DNA of 64,000 nt, from NCBI GenBank assembly GCA_965207115.1, contig CBDBLR010000003.1, positions 2,014 through 66,013 on the forward strand, read 5' to 3'. Source of the DNA: Dehalococcoidia bacterium. GTDB lineage: Bacteria > Chloroflexota > Dehalococcoidia > UBA6926. Both the position numbers and the translations under genes were made by a program. This document shows positions 27,954 through 37,915 of this stretch, in pieces; the first letter of the stretch is position 1; the number at the start of each line of letters is the position of its first letter. The notes under the pieces were generated by a model, which worked only from the letters and a program-made list of their open reading frames with translations, did no database searches and had not been told where the DNA came from.

Positions 27954-30356
27954 CTACCTCAGCACTCCACTCTCTGTGCCCTCTTTGATCTCCTCGTCGG
28001 ACAAGCCGAGCACGCTCGTGAACACATACTCATTATCCTCACCAATCCATGGCGCGCGGTTTGCCGCAGTTGCCTTGGATAGCGAGGGAACGGCCGGTAG
28101 TCCGTGATGGGACAGCGTCCCCCACGTCGTGTGTGTCGACCGCACGATGTGTCCGCGCTCTCGCAGATGCGGATCGTTGTACAAGTCCTCGCTGTTCATC
28201 GCCACGCCCGCCGGCACCCCGACCTTCTGCAGCATGTGCAGAACCTGGTGAGACGTGAACGCCTTTGCCCACTCACTGATCTCGTGGTCGATTTCGTCGC
28301 GATTCGCCCGTCGCCCATCCCTGTCTGCGAATCGCGGGTCGTCCGCCCAGTGCGGCGCGCCCATCGCCTGTGCGAGAGCCCGCCACTGCTCGTCCGTCTC
28401 GCATGCAATGACGATCCATGTGTCCGGGTACCGGCACGCATACGCGCCGTAGGGGGCGTAATGGGCGGCAAGAGGCTCGTCATAGCCCACGCTGCCCCAA
28501 ATGTTCCCGTTGATCGTGTAGTCCAGGATGGCCGGGCCCATCATCGATCCCTGGCCGTCCACCTGCGCAATCTCGATGAACTGCCCCCGCCCGGTCACGT
28601 CGCGGTACTCAAGCGCGGCCGCCGTCGAAAGCGCAACGAACGCTGCTCCCACATAGTCCGGTATCACGCCCTTCGCGTGGTTCTGCATCGGCGAGTCCGG
28701 GTGCCCCCATAGCAGCGACAGCCCCGTCACCGCCTGCAGGTTGTTGCCATATGTCACCCAGTTGTTCAGTGGCCCGTCGGATCCCATCCCCGGCATCCCG
28801 ATCTGGATGATGCCCGGGTTGATCTTCGTCAGATCGTCGTAGCCCAGACCAAGCCGCTTCATGACCGTGGCGCTGAAGTTATCGACGACAACGTCACTGT
28901 CTTTAGCGAGCCGACGGAACAACTCCTTACCCTCATCCGAGCGCAGATCGACCGTGCAACTCAGCTTGTTGCGGTTCATGTCAGGGAACAGCGGGCGCGT
29001 CGGCTCACGGTTCGCCTCAAGGCTTGCAGACTCCACCTTGATGACCTCCGCGCCGTAGAATCCCAGGAACATCGTCCCGATGGGCCCCGCAAACGCCCGG
29101 GTGATGTCTGCCACGCGAATGCCGTCCAACAGGGCCGCATCCGGCGCCTTGCCGTTCGTCGGGGCAGGGTACGTCTCCCGCCTCGGTGAAACGGTCTCAA
29201 TCTCGGCAAGCACCTCGTCCCGATGCTGGTCCAGAAGAGGCGCAGGGCGAGTCTGGTTCCACGGCGTCGCCGACATGATGAACGGCTGCCCCGGCGTCTC
29301 GTACTCGCCGACGACAGGATGCGTTACCTTCTGGAACCACCCGCGCTGCCTCATATGGTCATCTGTTACAAAATCCTCGAACGTGTTGACCGGGCAGCAC
29401 GCGAGGCCACGCTTCTGCGCCTCCTCCACGAACTCATCGCGGTCGAACTGCTCGACAAACGACTGAATCAGTATCTGCGCGAGGTCCTCGTTGTCCGTTC
29501 GGTACTGGGACGAATCCCAGTCATCGTCGGACAGCACCGCGTCCTCCATCCACTGCCGGGACAGAACCCGCCAATGGCCGGTCATAAAGATCGCAATCTG
29601 GACGTACTTGTCATCCTTTGTTCGATAGATATTCGCAGGACCGCCGCGCGGCCCCTGCCGCGTCACGATCTCGCTCCGTTGGCTGTACCGCGCAATCGTG
29701 CCGACCGTTGCGAATGTCAGCGCCTCCTGCAGCGAAAGGTCGATGCGCTGCCCGCGCCCCGTCGCCCGCCGGTGCCGCACGGCGTTGATCGCCAGGTACG
29801 CTCCGTGCACAGCCGCAAGCTGCGATCCGATCTGGCACGGCAGCACGACTGGTGAGCGCTCATCGTCACCCTGGCTCATCATCACGCCGGACATGGCGGA
29901 GATGATTGCCTCATTGGCAGCAAAGTGGCTGAACGGCCCAGTCTGGCCGAACGGTGTCAGCGAGACCGTCACAAGCCCCGGATTAAGTGCCTCCAGCCGA
30001 TCGTCATCGATCCCCAGCGATGCCAACTGCCCGGGAGTTGTGCACTCCACAAAGACATCCGCGCGCTCGATGAGCTTCTCCAACGTCTCTCGACTGCCTG
30101 AGTCATCAATATCCAGCACGATGCTGCGACGATTCAGATTGGCGTTCAGGAACTTGATGCCGCGCTCCGGGTCTGCGATGTCCCCCGCGAAGGGCCCATG
30201 CATCCGATTCGGATCGCCCCCTGGCGGCTCAACCTTGATGACATCCGCGCCGAGCCCCGCGAGGAACCCCGCGCAATACGCCGCCGGAATCTCCCCAATC
30301 TCAACAACCCGCAAATGCCCCAGCGCCGAATCCCTATTCCCGTTAGTCATAGCCAT
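27954..30356 (-). CDS. fused double family-III CoA-transferase (two CaiB/BaiF domains), ~800 aa
   Basis: Two CaiB-like domains (…EIPAAYCAGFLAGLGADVIKVEPPGGD… and …DITRAFAGPIGTMFLGFYGAEVIKVES…). ATG 30356 follows GGGGAGA; the track's GTG 30365 is less likely. Confidence 0.7.
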   Translation of the reverse strand: MAMTNGNRDSALGHLRVVEIGEIPAAYCAGFLAGLGADVIKVEPPGGDPNRMHGPFAGDIADPERGIKFLNANLNRRSIVLDIDDSGSRETLEKLIERADVFVECTTPGQLASLGIDDDRLEALNPGLVTVSLTPFGQTGPFSHFAANEAIISAMSGVMMSQGDDERSPVVLPCQIGSQLAAVHGAYLAINAVRHRRATGRGQRIDLSLQEALTFATVGTIARYSQRSEIVTRQGPRGGPANIYRTKDDKYVQIAIFMTGHWRVLSRQWMEDAVLSDDDWDSSQYRTDNEDLAQILIQSFVEQFDRDEFVEEAQKRGLACCPVNTFEDFVTDDHMRQRGWFQKVTHPVVGEYETPGQPFIMSATPWNQTRPAPLLDQHRDEVLAEIETVSPRRETYPAPTNGKAPDAALLDGIRVADITRAFAGPIGTMFLGFYGAEVIKVESASLEANREPTRPLFPDMNRNKLSCTVDLRSDEGKELFRRLAKDSDVVVDNFSATVMKRLGLGYDDLTKINPGIIQIGMPGMGSDGPLNNWVTYGNNLQAVTGLSLLWGHPDSPMQNHAKGVIPDYVGAAFVALSTAAALEYRDVTGRGQFIEIAQVDGQGSMMGPAILDYTINGNIWGSVGYDEPLAAHYAPYGAYACRYPDTWIVIACETDEQWRALAQAMGAPHWADDPRFADRDGRRANRDEIDHEISEWAKAFTSHQVLHMLQKVGVPAGVAMNSEDLYNDPHLRERGHIVRSTHTTWGTLSHHGLPAVPSLSKATAANRAPWIGEDNEYVFTSVLGLSDEEIKEGTESGVLR

Positions 30357-30379
30357 TCTCCCCACCGATTAGGCGCATT

Positions 30380-30590
30380 CGTCATTCCCCCGAAAGCATG
30401 CCCCGTACTCCGATACGGGGCGGGAATCCAGAACACCCTCTCCCAATCTGCGAGTACGATAGGCGTCCCACCCTTGAAGGGTCAAGAACAAAACACCCCC
30501 GTTCGCCCTGAGCCTGTCGAAGGGCCACCACGCCCGTCATTCCCGGCCCCCCCCGTCATTCCCGCGCAGGCGAGAACCTGAATCACAATG
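30380..30590. repeat. composite REP-like element (A with nested 20-nt palindrome, B, A')
   Basis: CGTCATTCCC…CCCCGTACTCCGATACGGGG…CGGGAATCCAG; GTTCGCCCTGAGCCTGTCGAAGGG; CGTCATTCCCGGCC…GTCATTCCCGCGCAGGCG. Confidence 0.75.
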
Positions 30591-30688
30591 CCGCAAGCCA
30601 ACCCCGTAACGCCGCTCAACCCCTTGCCCCCACCTCTCACAATTAGTAGGGTAGACACAAAACAACACGTCTACCCTGAGGAACGACA

Positions 30689-30955
30689 ATGAGCCTGAAC
30701 ATCAAGAACGAAGAAACCTGCCGACTCGCCGAAGAACTGGCGGCCCTAACCAAAGAAAACAAGACGCAGGCCATCACCATCGCCCTGCAAGAACGCCTTG
30801 AGCGGGTGACGGGCGAGCGCGAAAAGAGAATCGAGTGGGAAAAGAAGGCAATGCGAGCCGCTGCGGAGCGTATTGCGCCGCACTTGAAACCGGGGCCCTC
30901 CTCTACAGAGATCGGTGACTTTCTCTACGGTGGCGAATTTGGCGAACCGAAATGA
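30689..30955 (+). CDS. vapB: type II antitoxin (VapB/FitA-like)
   Basis: 88 aa, SD GAGGAA; 4-nt overlap (ATGA) with downstream PIN gene. Confidence 0.6.
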   Translation: MSLNIKNEETCRLAEELAALTKENKTQAITIALQERLERVTGEREKRIEWEKKAMRAAAERIAPHLKPGPSSTEIGDFLYGGEFGEPK

Positions 30956-31338
30956 TCATCGATTCATCTGCGATCTGTGCCATCCTCCTAAACGAATCTG
31001 ACGCCGACCACTACGAAGATGCAGTAATAGACGCTGATGTCCGCCGCATGTCTGCGGGGAGTCTTCTGGAAACTTCAATGGTCATCGAAGGCCGGGCCGG
31101 ACTGTCGGGCGGAGATGAGCTTGATGCGTTCATCGAGCGCCACACAATCGAAATCGTCCCCGTAACGCCTGAGCACGTCGCCGCCGCTCGACGCGCCTGG
31201 CGAGAATTCGGCAAAGGCAACCACCCCGCCGCCCTCAACCTCGGCGACTGCCTCGCCTACGCCCTCTCAGAAATGACCCAAGAACCCCTCCTCTACAAAG
31301 GCCAGGACTTCGGCCAGACGGATGTTCAGCCGGCCTAA
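30952..31338 (+). CDS. vapC: PIN-domain toxin VapC
   Basis: MIIDSSAI… (Asp4), …D…LLYKGQDF…; 128 aa. Confidence 0.8.
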   Translation: MIIDSSAICAILLNESDADHYEDAVIDADVRRMSAGSLLETSMVIEGRAGLSGGDELDAFIERHTIEIVPVTPEHVAAARRAWREFGKGNHPAALNLGDCLAYALSEMTQEPLLYKGQDFGQTDVQPA

Positions 31339-33227
31339 GCCGCATCAGTCTCCTCTTCACTCTCACCCACTTCGTCAAACTCCTGCCCATCATCGACGAA
31401 CTGCTCTATAACACCTACGCCACCGACGTCAAGGGCATCTGAAAAAATCCGACGCCCGTCACCCAAGTCTCGACCCATGGCAGCACCAATAAGCGTGAGC
31501 ATTTCTTGGCCGCGTTCCATAAACGAGGCGCGAAAGTCATCAGTGTGCAAATGGTCGGGTTTGAGCCAATGAGACTCTAGGAGGGCATCAAGTTTGCCCG
31601 CGGGTACCTTGGACTGCAACGCATTCAAGTAAACCGAGGGTGCACGGCCGCCCATGGACCTATTTGTCCCTGGATCCATAGGTGTCTTGTTGATGATTGA
31701 GTCGTGCAACCACCTATCGATCCTGTTCGAAATGCACCACGCAACAGGGAATATGTGATGAATGTCGATACCCCTGTCGTCATAAGTAGTAAAAGAAAGC
31801 GACTCTGCCGTCATCCAGTCTTGGGCGCCATTCTTCAATTGTAGTGCATAGACGCCCTTGTACGCGGCGCTATTTCTGGTGCGGAGTGAAATGAGTCGCT
31901 CAGGAACGAAGTTTGCTTCGCGCAAGAAGGGTGGCTCTACGCCTGTTCGCACGTATTCAGCAACGTCGACAAGATCGCGCGCGAACTGTGTTTCGACGGC
32001 ACCCCCGTAAATTTCGCCAAAGACGCCAGACCAGTACCATCGTTCCAAGCGTTCCAATGCAATGGCCGTATGTGCCTCATGTCCCAATTCGACATATAGC
32101 ACCGCAAGCGGCACGAGTTGTGTGTTGTAAGGCACATTCCATCTGCCAAAGACATATTGGCTGCGCAGAAAATTAGCGGCCTTTATGAAGCCGTCTTCAA
32201 GTGCTTCTGCCCAACGGAGATAGTCCCTTTGCCGCAAGTCAAGGATATCCCTCTTCCTGCACCCAACTGCCCGCGCCCGGTTGTGTAGGGTGCCATCTTT
32301 GATGTCTGACCGATTGTCCTCCTGCGTTTTTAGCAAGGCAACCGCCTGCAAGAATTGATCGCCTGAAAGACCGTGCAGAACGCTGCGTTTGGAGTGCAGA
32401 CGAGTTCTCCGTTCATCCCAGTCATCGCGCAGAGAAAAACTCCCATCGACGGCAAAGGTTGCCGTAGCAAGCTCAAAGACGTTCAGGCTTACGCCGCCCG
32501 TGTTAACCTTTTCGAATACGGTGCAGACGGCTTCCTTTGGTGTTTCCTTGCCAAGTTCAATAACCGGAAGTTGATAGTTGGTGAAGTTATTGAGGACAGA
32601 TTCCTGGAATTCCTTGAAGAACTCTGGAGCCGTTCCACCCGGATGCTGACTTTCAGGGCTCGCCCAATACGCCACATACCCAAGTAGCCAATTCGTCGAG
32701 CCAAGCAGTGCCTCGGTGGGCATCATGTGCTTTTCAAACTCCCTCTCGGGAGTTGAAAGGTTCAGTACTTCTTTCCGGCCAAAATCTTCTGTGATGATTC
32801 GATTTTCTGGAAGGCTTCTTATCGCATCCTCACGATCAACTCTTGGATCCAGCGCCGCTTGCATGTCGACGTAGTACCACCGCTTGATCTTGCGTCTGCG
32901 GCTGTCGCTTGTGTCGACTGCGCCCGGATGTCGCAAAGCCTGGTAGAGGGAAGTGAGCCGCTGCTGGCCATCGAGAAGATATGATTCTGGAGAAATCGCC
33001 CCTTCACTCGTAGCACCCTCAATTAGCCGAGACTTGAGGCTTATATCCCCCCCCGCCTCCAGCGTCATCACGGCGCCTATTGGGAAGCCTCTTGAGATGC
33101 TGGCGAGAAGAGCGCGGATTCGGTCGTCGTCCCAAATCCAACCTCGTTGAAAGTCCGGCAATTTGATCTTTCCGGACTCAACGGAGTCGAGGACCTGCGA
33201 CAGCAGCCTAGGATTGGTGTCAAACAT
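31335..33227 (-). CDS. GmrSD-family type IV (modification-dependent) restriction endonuclease-like protein (DUF262 + DUF1524/HNH)
   Basis: N-terminal DUF262 motifs FQRGWIWDD and LLDGQQRLTSL; C-terminal His-Me finger …IDIHHIFPVAW…N. Gene GC ~52% vs ~65% flanks. Confidence 0.8.
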   Translation of the reverse strand: MFDTNPRLLSQVLDSVESGKIKLPDFQRGWIWDDDRIRALLASISRGFPIGAVMTLEAGGDISLKSRLIEGATSEGAISPESYLLDGQQRLTSLYQALRHPGAVDTSDSRRRKIKRWYYVDMQAALDPRVDREDAIRSLPENRIITEDFGRKEVLNLSTPEREFEKHMMPTEALLGSTNWLLGYVAYWASPESQHPGGTAPEFFKEFQESVLNNFTNYQLPVIELGKETPKEAVCTVFEKVNTGGVSLNVFELATATFAVDGSFSLRDDWDERRTRLHSKRSVLHGLSGDQFLQAVALLKTQEDNRSDIKDGTLHNRARAVGCRKRDILDLRQRDYLRWAEALEDGFIKAANFLRSQYVFGRWNVPYNTQLVPLAVLYVELGHEAHTAIALERLERWYWSGVFGEIYGGAVETQFARDLVDVAEYVRTGVEPPFLREANFVPERLISLRTRNSAAYKGVYALQLKNGAQDWMTAESLSFTTYDDRGIDIHHIFPVAWCISNRIDRWLHDSIINKTPMDPGTNRSMGGRAPSVYLNALQSKVPAGKLDALLESHWLKPDHLHTDDFRASFMERGQEMLTLIGAAMGRDLGDGRRIFSDALDVGGVGVIEQFVDDGQEFDEVGESEEETDAA

Positions 33228-33313
33228 CGAACCTCCTACCGAGTCCCATGGAATGTAGTGGATCGTAGTCTAAACGATCAAAGGGTGATTGGTTGACCCA
33301 GTCTGCCCCCCCC

Positions 33314-35098
33314 TCACCCCCTCCCCTTTCCCACCTCCCCCAACACCCGCTCCACAAACTCCGATATCGCCACCGCCCCCAAGTTCTCGCTGTTCTCCCG
33401 CCGCCGCACCGCCACCGCGCCCGACTCCGCCTCGCGGTCGCCGACAACCAGCATGTACGGCACGTGCCGCGTCTGCGCCTCCCGGATCTTCGCGTTCATA
33501 CGCTCGTTGCGATCATCGATCTCACACCGCAGCCCCGCCGCATGCAACTGCTCCTGCACCTGCTGAGCGTAGGGGATATGCCGGTCCGCGATGGGGATGA
33601 CCGTCGCCTGCACCGGCGCCAACCACACCGGGAACGCCCCCGCGTTGTGCTCCAGTAGCACCCCGAAGAACCGCTCCAACGACCCAAGAATCGCGCGATG
33701 AATCATCACCGGCCTCTCGCGCGTGTTTTCCTCCGTCACGTATTCCAGATCGAACCGCTCCGGCAGGTTGAAATCCAGCTGGAACGTGCTCAACTGCCAC
33801 TCGCGGCGTAGAGCGTCCTGTGAGAACAGATCGATCTTCGGCCCGTAGAACGCCCCCTCATTGGGAATCTCCTCGAAGTCCGCCCCCGCCAGCGTCAGCG
33901 CCTCCCGCAGAGCCTCCTCCGCGCGATCCCACGTCTCGTCACTTCCCACACGCTTCTCAGGCCGCAGCGATAGGGTGTACCGAGGCTCATTCAACCCGAA
34001 CGCCTCGTACACGTCGCGCATCATCCGGATCAGCGACGAGAACTCATCCTGCACCTGGTCCAAACGACAAAAAATATGCGCGTCGTCCTGCGAAAAACTC
34101 CGAACCCGCGTCAGCCCGTGCGTAACTCCTGACCGCTCATTCCGATGCAGCCGCCCAAAGTCCGCCAATCGCAGCGGCAGCGCGCGATACGAATGCAGCT
34201 GCGACTGATAAACAACGCAGTGCCCGGGGCAGTTCATCGGCTTGACCCCGTACTCGATTTCATCCGACTGCGTCAGGTACATGTTCTCCAGGTAATTGTC
34301 GTAATGCCCCGACTGCTTCCACAGGTCGGTCAAAAAGATCTGAGGCGTGATCACCTCCTGGTAGCCGTACTTGTCATACAGCTCGCGGATGAAATCAACC
34401 ATCAGGTTGTAGACCGTCGCCCCCTTCGGCAGGAAGAACGGGCTGGCCGGCGCGATCGGATCGAAGAAAAACAGGTCCAAATCGCGCCCCAGCCGCCGAT
34501 GATCCCGCCGCTCCGCCTCCGCCAACCGCTCCAGGTGCGCGTCCAGCTCCTCCTGCGTCTCGAACAACGCCCCGTAGATGCGCTGCAACTGCGGATTGCT
34601 CTCATTGCCGCGCCAATACGCCCCCGCCACGCGCGTCAGTGTGAACGCCCCCGTCTTGTCCGTCGACTCCGCATGCGGCCCCTGGCACAGGTCCGTGAAG
34701 TCTCCGTGCGTGTACGTCGAGACCGTCTCATCCGTCAGGCTCTCGATAATCTCCACCTTGAACGGCTGGTCCGCGAACCGGGTCAGCCCCTCCTCGCGCG
34801 CCATCTCATCCGCGACGAACGGCGCAGCGGCCGCCGCGCTCTCCCGCATCCGTTTCTCGATCTCCGGCAGATCGTCAGTAGACAGCGTGCGTGGCAGCAG
34901 GAAGTCGTAATAGAACCCGTCCTCGATGGGCGGCCCGATACCAAGCTTCGCCTCGGGGAACATGGACAGCACCGCCTCCGCCATCATGTGCGCCGCGGAA
35001 TGCCGCATCCGGATGAGCGTGTCGTCCTCACCCGCATAGCGCCCTTCAAGCGCGCCGTCATGCCCGGTGTCTGATGCGTGACCTTCTTGATGGGACAT
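33314..35098 (-). CDS. thrS: threonyl-tRNA synthetase (no N-terminal TGS domain), 594 aa
   Basis: Class II aaRS motifs; …RHSAAHMMAEAV…FYYDF…; HRRLGRDLDLFFF; C-terminal anticodon-binding domain. Confidence 0.9.
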   Translation of the reverse strand: MSHQEGHASDTGHDGALEGRYAGEDDTLIRMRHSAAHMMAEAVLSMFPEAKLGIGPPIEDGFYYDFLLPRTLSTDDLPEIEKRMRESAAAAAPFVADEMAREEGLTRFADQPFKVEIIESLTDETVSTYTHGDFTDLCQGPHAESTDKTGAFTLTRVAGAYWRGNESNPQLQRIYGALFETQEELDAHLERLAEAERRDHRRLGRDLDLFFFDPIAPASPFFLPKGATVYNLMVDFIRELYDKYGYQEVITPQIFLTDLWKQSGHYDNYLENMYLTQSDEIEYGVKPMNCPGHCVVYQSQLHSYRALPLRLADFGRLHRNERSGVTHGLTRVRSFSQDDAHIFCRLDQVQDEFSSLIRMMRDVYEAFGLNEPRYTLSLRPEKRVGSDETWDRAEEALREALTLAGADFEEIPNEGAFYGPKIDLFSQDALRREWQLSTFQLDFNLPERFDLEYVTEENTRERPVMIHRAILGSLERFFGVLLEHNAGAFPVWLAPVQATVIPIADRHIPYAQQVQEQLHAAGLRCEIDDRNERMNAKIREAQTRHVPYMLVVGDREAESGAVAVRRRENSENLGAVAISEFVERVLGEVGKGRG

Positions 35099-35134
35099 CG
35101 TCGTTCAATTCTCCTTGCGCTAGTCCTATCTATA

Positions 35135-36292
35135 ATGACGAATGAAACGCAAAGCGTGAAAGAGGCTGAACAAGTGCCCGATTCGACATCACCCCAAACA
35201 CACTCCCGCCAGCGCCAACTCCTCGAAGAGCTGTCCAACGCCTTCGGCCCCACCGGCCACGAGGGCCCCGTCCGCGCCATCGTCCGGCGTGAGATGGATT
35301 CCCTTGCAGACTTTGTAGAAACCGACGGCATCGGCTCTCTCATCGCTCGCATCGGAGAGGAATCAGATGACGTTCCCCGCATCATGCTCTCCGGCCATAT
35401 GGATGAAGTGGGCCTCATGGTCCGCCAGATCACAGCCGAGGGCTACCTCACCATTCAGACCCTCGGCGGCTGGCTTGACCAGGCCCTGATAAACCAGCGA
35501 TGGGTCGTCATGACCCGCAACGGCCCCATCCCCGGCCTGACCGGCATCAAGACGCCGCACGTCATGCAGCCGGACGCCCGCAACCTGGTATTCAAGAAAG
35601 AGAGCATGTTTATCGATGTCGGCGCGGCAAACAAGGAGGACGCGGAAAAGCGACTCGGCATCCGCCCAGGCGACCCCATCGCACCCGACAGCCGCTTCCA
35701 GGAGATGGCGGGTGGCGAGCTCTACATCGGCAAGGCGTGGGATGACAGGGCAGGGGTGGCCGGACTCATTGAAGTTGCCCGAGCCCTGCGTGAATCAACA
35801 GATCCTCTCCCCGCAACCGTCTACCTTGTCGCCACTGTTCAGGAAGAAGTCGGCCTGCGCGGCGCACACACAAGCAGCTTCCACGTCATGCCGGACATCG
35901 GCATCAACCTTGAGTCCGGCGTCGCGGGAGACTACCCCGGCATCACCAAAGACGAGGCGCAGGAGGAGCTCGGTAAAGGCCCGACGGTCTTCCTCCATGA
36001 CAGCTCCATGCTGCCTAACCTGCGACTGCGTGATTTCTTTGTCGATACGGCCGCCGAACTCGAGATGCCGCTCCAATTCAACGTCCTCAGTGGCTACGGA
36101 GAAGACGGGGCGGAGATGCAGAAAGCAGGCTCCGGCGCCCCCTCCATCAACATCGCCGTCCCCACTCGCTACCTGCACAGCCACAACGGCGTTATCCACC
36201 GCGACGATTTTGCCAACGCCGTCCGCCTCGTTACAGAAGTCGTCCGCCGCCTCACCCCGGAAACCGTCTCGGCCCTGACCACCTTCGACTAA
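35135..36292 (+). CDS. M42-family (TET/FrvX-type) aminopeptidase; start ATG 35135 or GTG 35174
   Basis: …FGPTGHEGPVRAIV…SGHMDEVG…ATVQEEVGLRGA… M42 signature. The track start 35078 would overlap the divergent thrS start, so it is disfavoured. Confidence 0.8.
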   Translation: MTNETQSVKEAEQVPDSTSPQTHSRQRQLLEELSNAFGPTGHEGPVRAIVRREMDSLADFVETDGIGSLIARIGEESDDVPRIMLSGHMDEVGLMVRQITAEGYLTIQTLGGWLDQALINQRWVVMTRNGPIPGLTGIKTPHVMQPDARNLVFKKESMFIDVGAANKEDAEKRLGIRPGDPIAPDSRFQEMAGGELYIGKAWDDRAGVAGLIEVARALRESTDPLPATVYLVATVQEEVGLRGAHTSSFHVMPDIGINLESGVAGDYPGITKDEAQEELGKGPTVFLHDSSMLPNLRLRDFFVDTAAELEMPLQFNVLSGYGEDGAEMQKAGSGAPSINIAVPTRYLHSHNGVIHRDDFANAVRLVTEVVRRLTPETVSALTTFD

Positions 36293-36380
36293 TCCCTTTC
36301 CCAACCTCCCACGTAGACGTGGGGAGGCAAGCGCGTCGCGGACGTACCATTTATGATGAACGCAACTTGGCTACAGGAGT

Positions 36381-37856
36381 TTGGCAGTGCCTCTCATTCC
36401 CAAGGTGATGAGCACCCAGCACCCGGACAACGCTGCGGCACCTTCCTACGCCGTTGATGGAGTAATCAAGGGCGACGGCGAGATCATCGAGGCCGTCGAC
36501 GCCTTCAGTCTCGGCTGCGATGAGCAGATGTGGGACTCGGAAGGCAAGGACACCGATACTCACGTCGTTCAGAAACTTCTTAGCAATTACTCCGACTACT
36601 TCCGCGAAGAGCGCCGGTTGGGTCGCGACACCGTCATCACCCTGCGCGTCCCCAACCCCGCCATCGAGGTTGAGATGCGGAAACTGATGGTTGAGGCGCT
36701 GCAGGGCATCCCTACCGCCTTCGATGTGGCCCGTGAGTTCTATGGCGGTGACCTGGAGCCGCCCATTCAGGAGATCATTCTCCCCTTCACCACCTCCGCC
36801 GACGAACTCTCTCGCATTGCGGCTTACTACGAGAACTTCATAGTCGGACAAGAATCACGCACCCTCCTGGGCGACGTATCCGTTCGCGATTGGATAGGCG
36901 AGTTTCTCCCGAAACGCATTCGCGTTATCCCGCTCGTGGAATCGCGCGATCAGATGCTCCACGTCGATGACATCGTCCGCGAGTACCTGCGGGAGCGTGA
37001 GGAACCCTACCAGCGTGTCTTCCTGGCCCGCAGCGACCCCGCCCTGAACTACGGCATGGTTGGCGCGGAAATCCTGCTCAAGACCGCCCTCTACCGCGTT
37101 GATCGGCTCGCGCAGGAGACCGGCATTCCGATGTACCCAATTATTGGCGCCGGCTCCGTCCCGTTCCGTGGACACTTGAAACCCACCAACACCGCGCGAG
37201 CCTTCCGTGAGTACCCCAGCGTCCACACGCTCACCGTTCAGTCGGCATTCAAATTTGACTACCCCCGTGATGACGTGATGTCGGGCATCGCCCAGATCCA
37301 GACTCACGAGCAGACCCCTGCGCCGCCGATTGATGAACAACGCGCCATCGCCATCCTGGATAAGGCCGCCGCGGAGTACCAGAAGCAGGTGCGCAACCTT
37401 GCTCCGACAATCGCCACAGTCTCCGCGCTCTCCCCGCGGAGGCGAGAGCGCAAACTGCACGTAGGACTATTTGGCTACGGACGCTCACTCTCCGGCTCAG
37501 ACGACGTTACGCTGCCCCGCGCTATCGCTTTCGCCACTGCCCTCTATTCCATAGGCGTTCCGCCGGAATTGCTCGGACTCGCCGCCCTTGACCAGGAGGA
37601 TTTCGCCTACCTGCGAGAGATATACCCGAGCTTTGTAGAGGATCTGGCCACAGCGCTCCGCTACGCGAACGAGACACGCGTAAACCAATTGCTCGGCGAC
37701 AACTACCGGCGACTGCTCGTTCGATTCACGGAAGAGATCGACCGCATTCACGAAGGACTCACCACGGCGGTGTGGGCGAGCATTGAGCAGGGCGCAACAA
37801 CGCAAGTGTCGCACTACATCGCGGAAGCGGGAAAACTCCGGCGCTTCTTGGGTTAA
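36381..37856 (+). CDS. ppcA: archaeal-type phosphoenolpyruvate carboxylase (PpcA family)
   Basis: Hallmark N-terminal motif …IPKVMSTQHPDN…; ~490 aa as for PpcA, not the ~900-aa bacterial Ppc. Confidence 0.85.
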   Translation: MAVPLIPKVMSTQHPDNAAAPSYAVDGVIKGDGEIIEAVDAFSLGCDEQMWDSEGKDTDTHVVQKLLSNYSDYFREERRLGRDTVITLRVPNPAIEVEMRKLMVEALQGIPTAFDVAREFYGGDLEPPIQEIILPFTTSADELSRIAAYYENFIVGQESRTLLGDVSVRDWIGEFLPKRIRVIPLVESRDQMLHVDDIVREYLREREEPYQRVFLARSDPALNYGMVGAEILLKTALYRVDRLAQETGIPMYPIIGAGSVPFRGHLKPTNTARAFREYPSVHTLTVQSAFKFDYPRDDVMSGIAQIQTHEQTPAPPIDEQRAIAILDKAAAEYQKQVRNLAPTIATVSALSPRRRERKLHVGLFGYGRSLSGSDDVTLPRAIAFATALYSIGVPPELLGLAALDQEDFAYLREIYPSFVEDLATALRYANETRVNQLLGDNYRRLLVRFTEEIDRIHEGLTTAVWASIEQGATTQVSHYIAEAGKLRRFLG

Positions 37857-37879
37857 AGGCATGAAGTACAATCTCCATT

Positions 37880-37915
37880 CCGTCATTCCGAGCGCAGTCG
37901 AGGAATCTGTGACCC
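37880..37915. repeat. REP-like element type C directly after PEPC stop
   Basis: CCGTCATTCCGAGCGCAGTCGAGGAATCTGTGACCC. Confidence 0.7.

Noticed and set aside
28104-30372. Plus-strand ORFs 28104-28712, 29223-29855, 29698-30372 and minus ORFs inside the CoA-transferase
   Set aside because: Shadow ORFs of the 803-aa CoA-transferase gene.
34145-35074. 309-aa plus-strand ORF
   Set aside because: Antisense to thrS.
35078-35134. Start of M42 peptidase at 35078
   Set aside because: Would overlap the divergent thrS start codon region by 20 nt; internal ATG 35135 or GTG 35174 (SD AAAGAGG) is more plausible.
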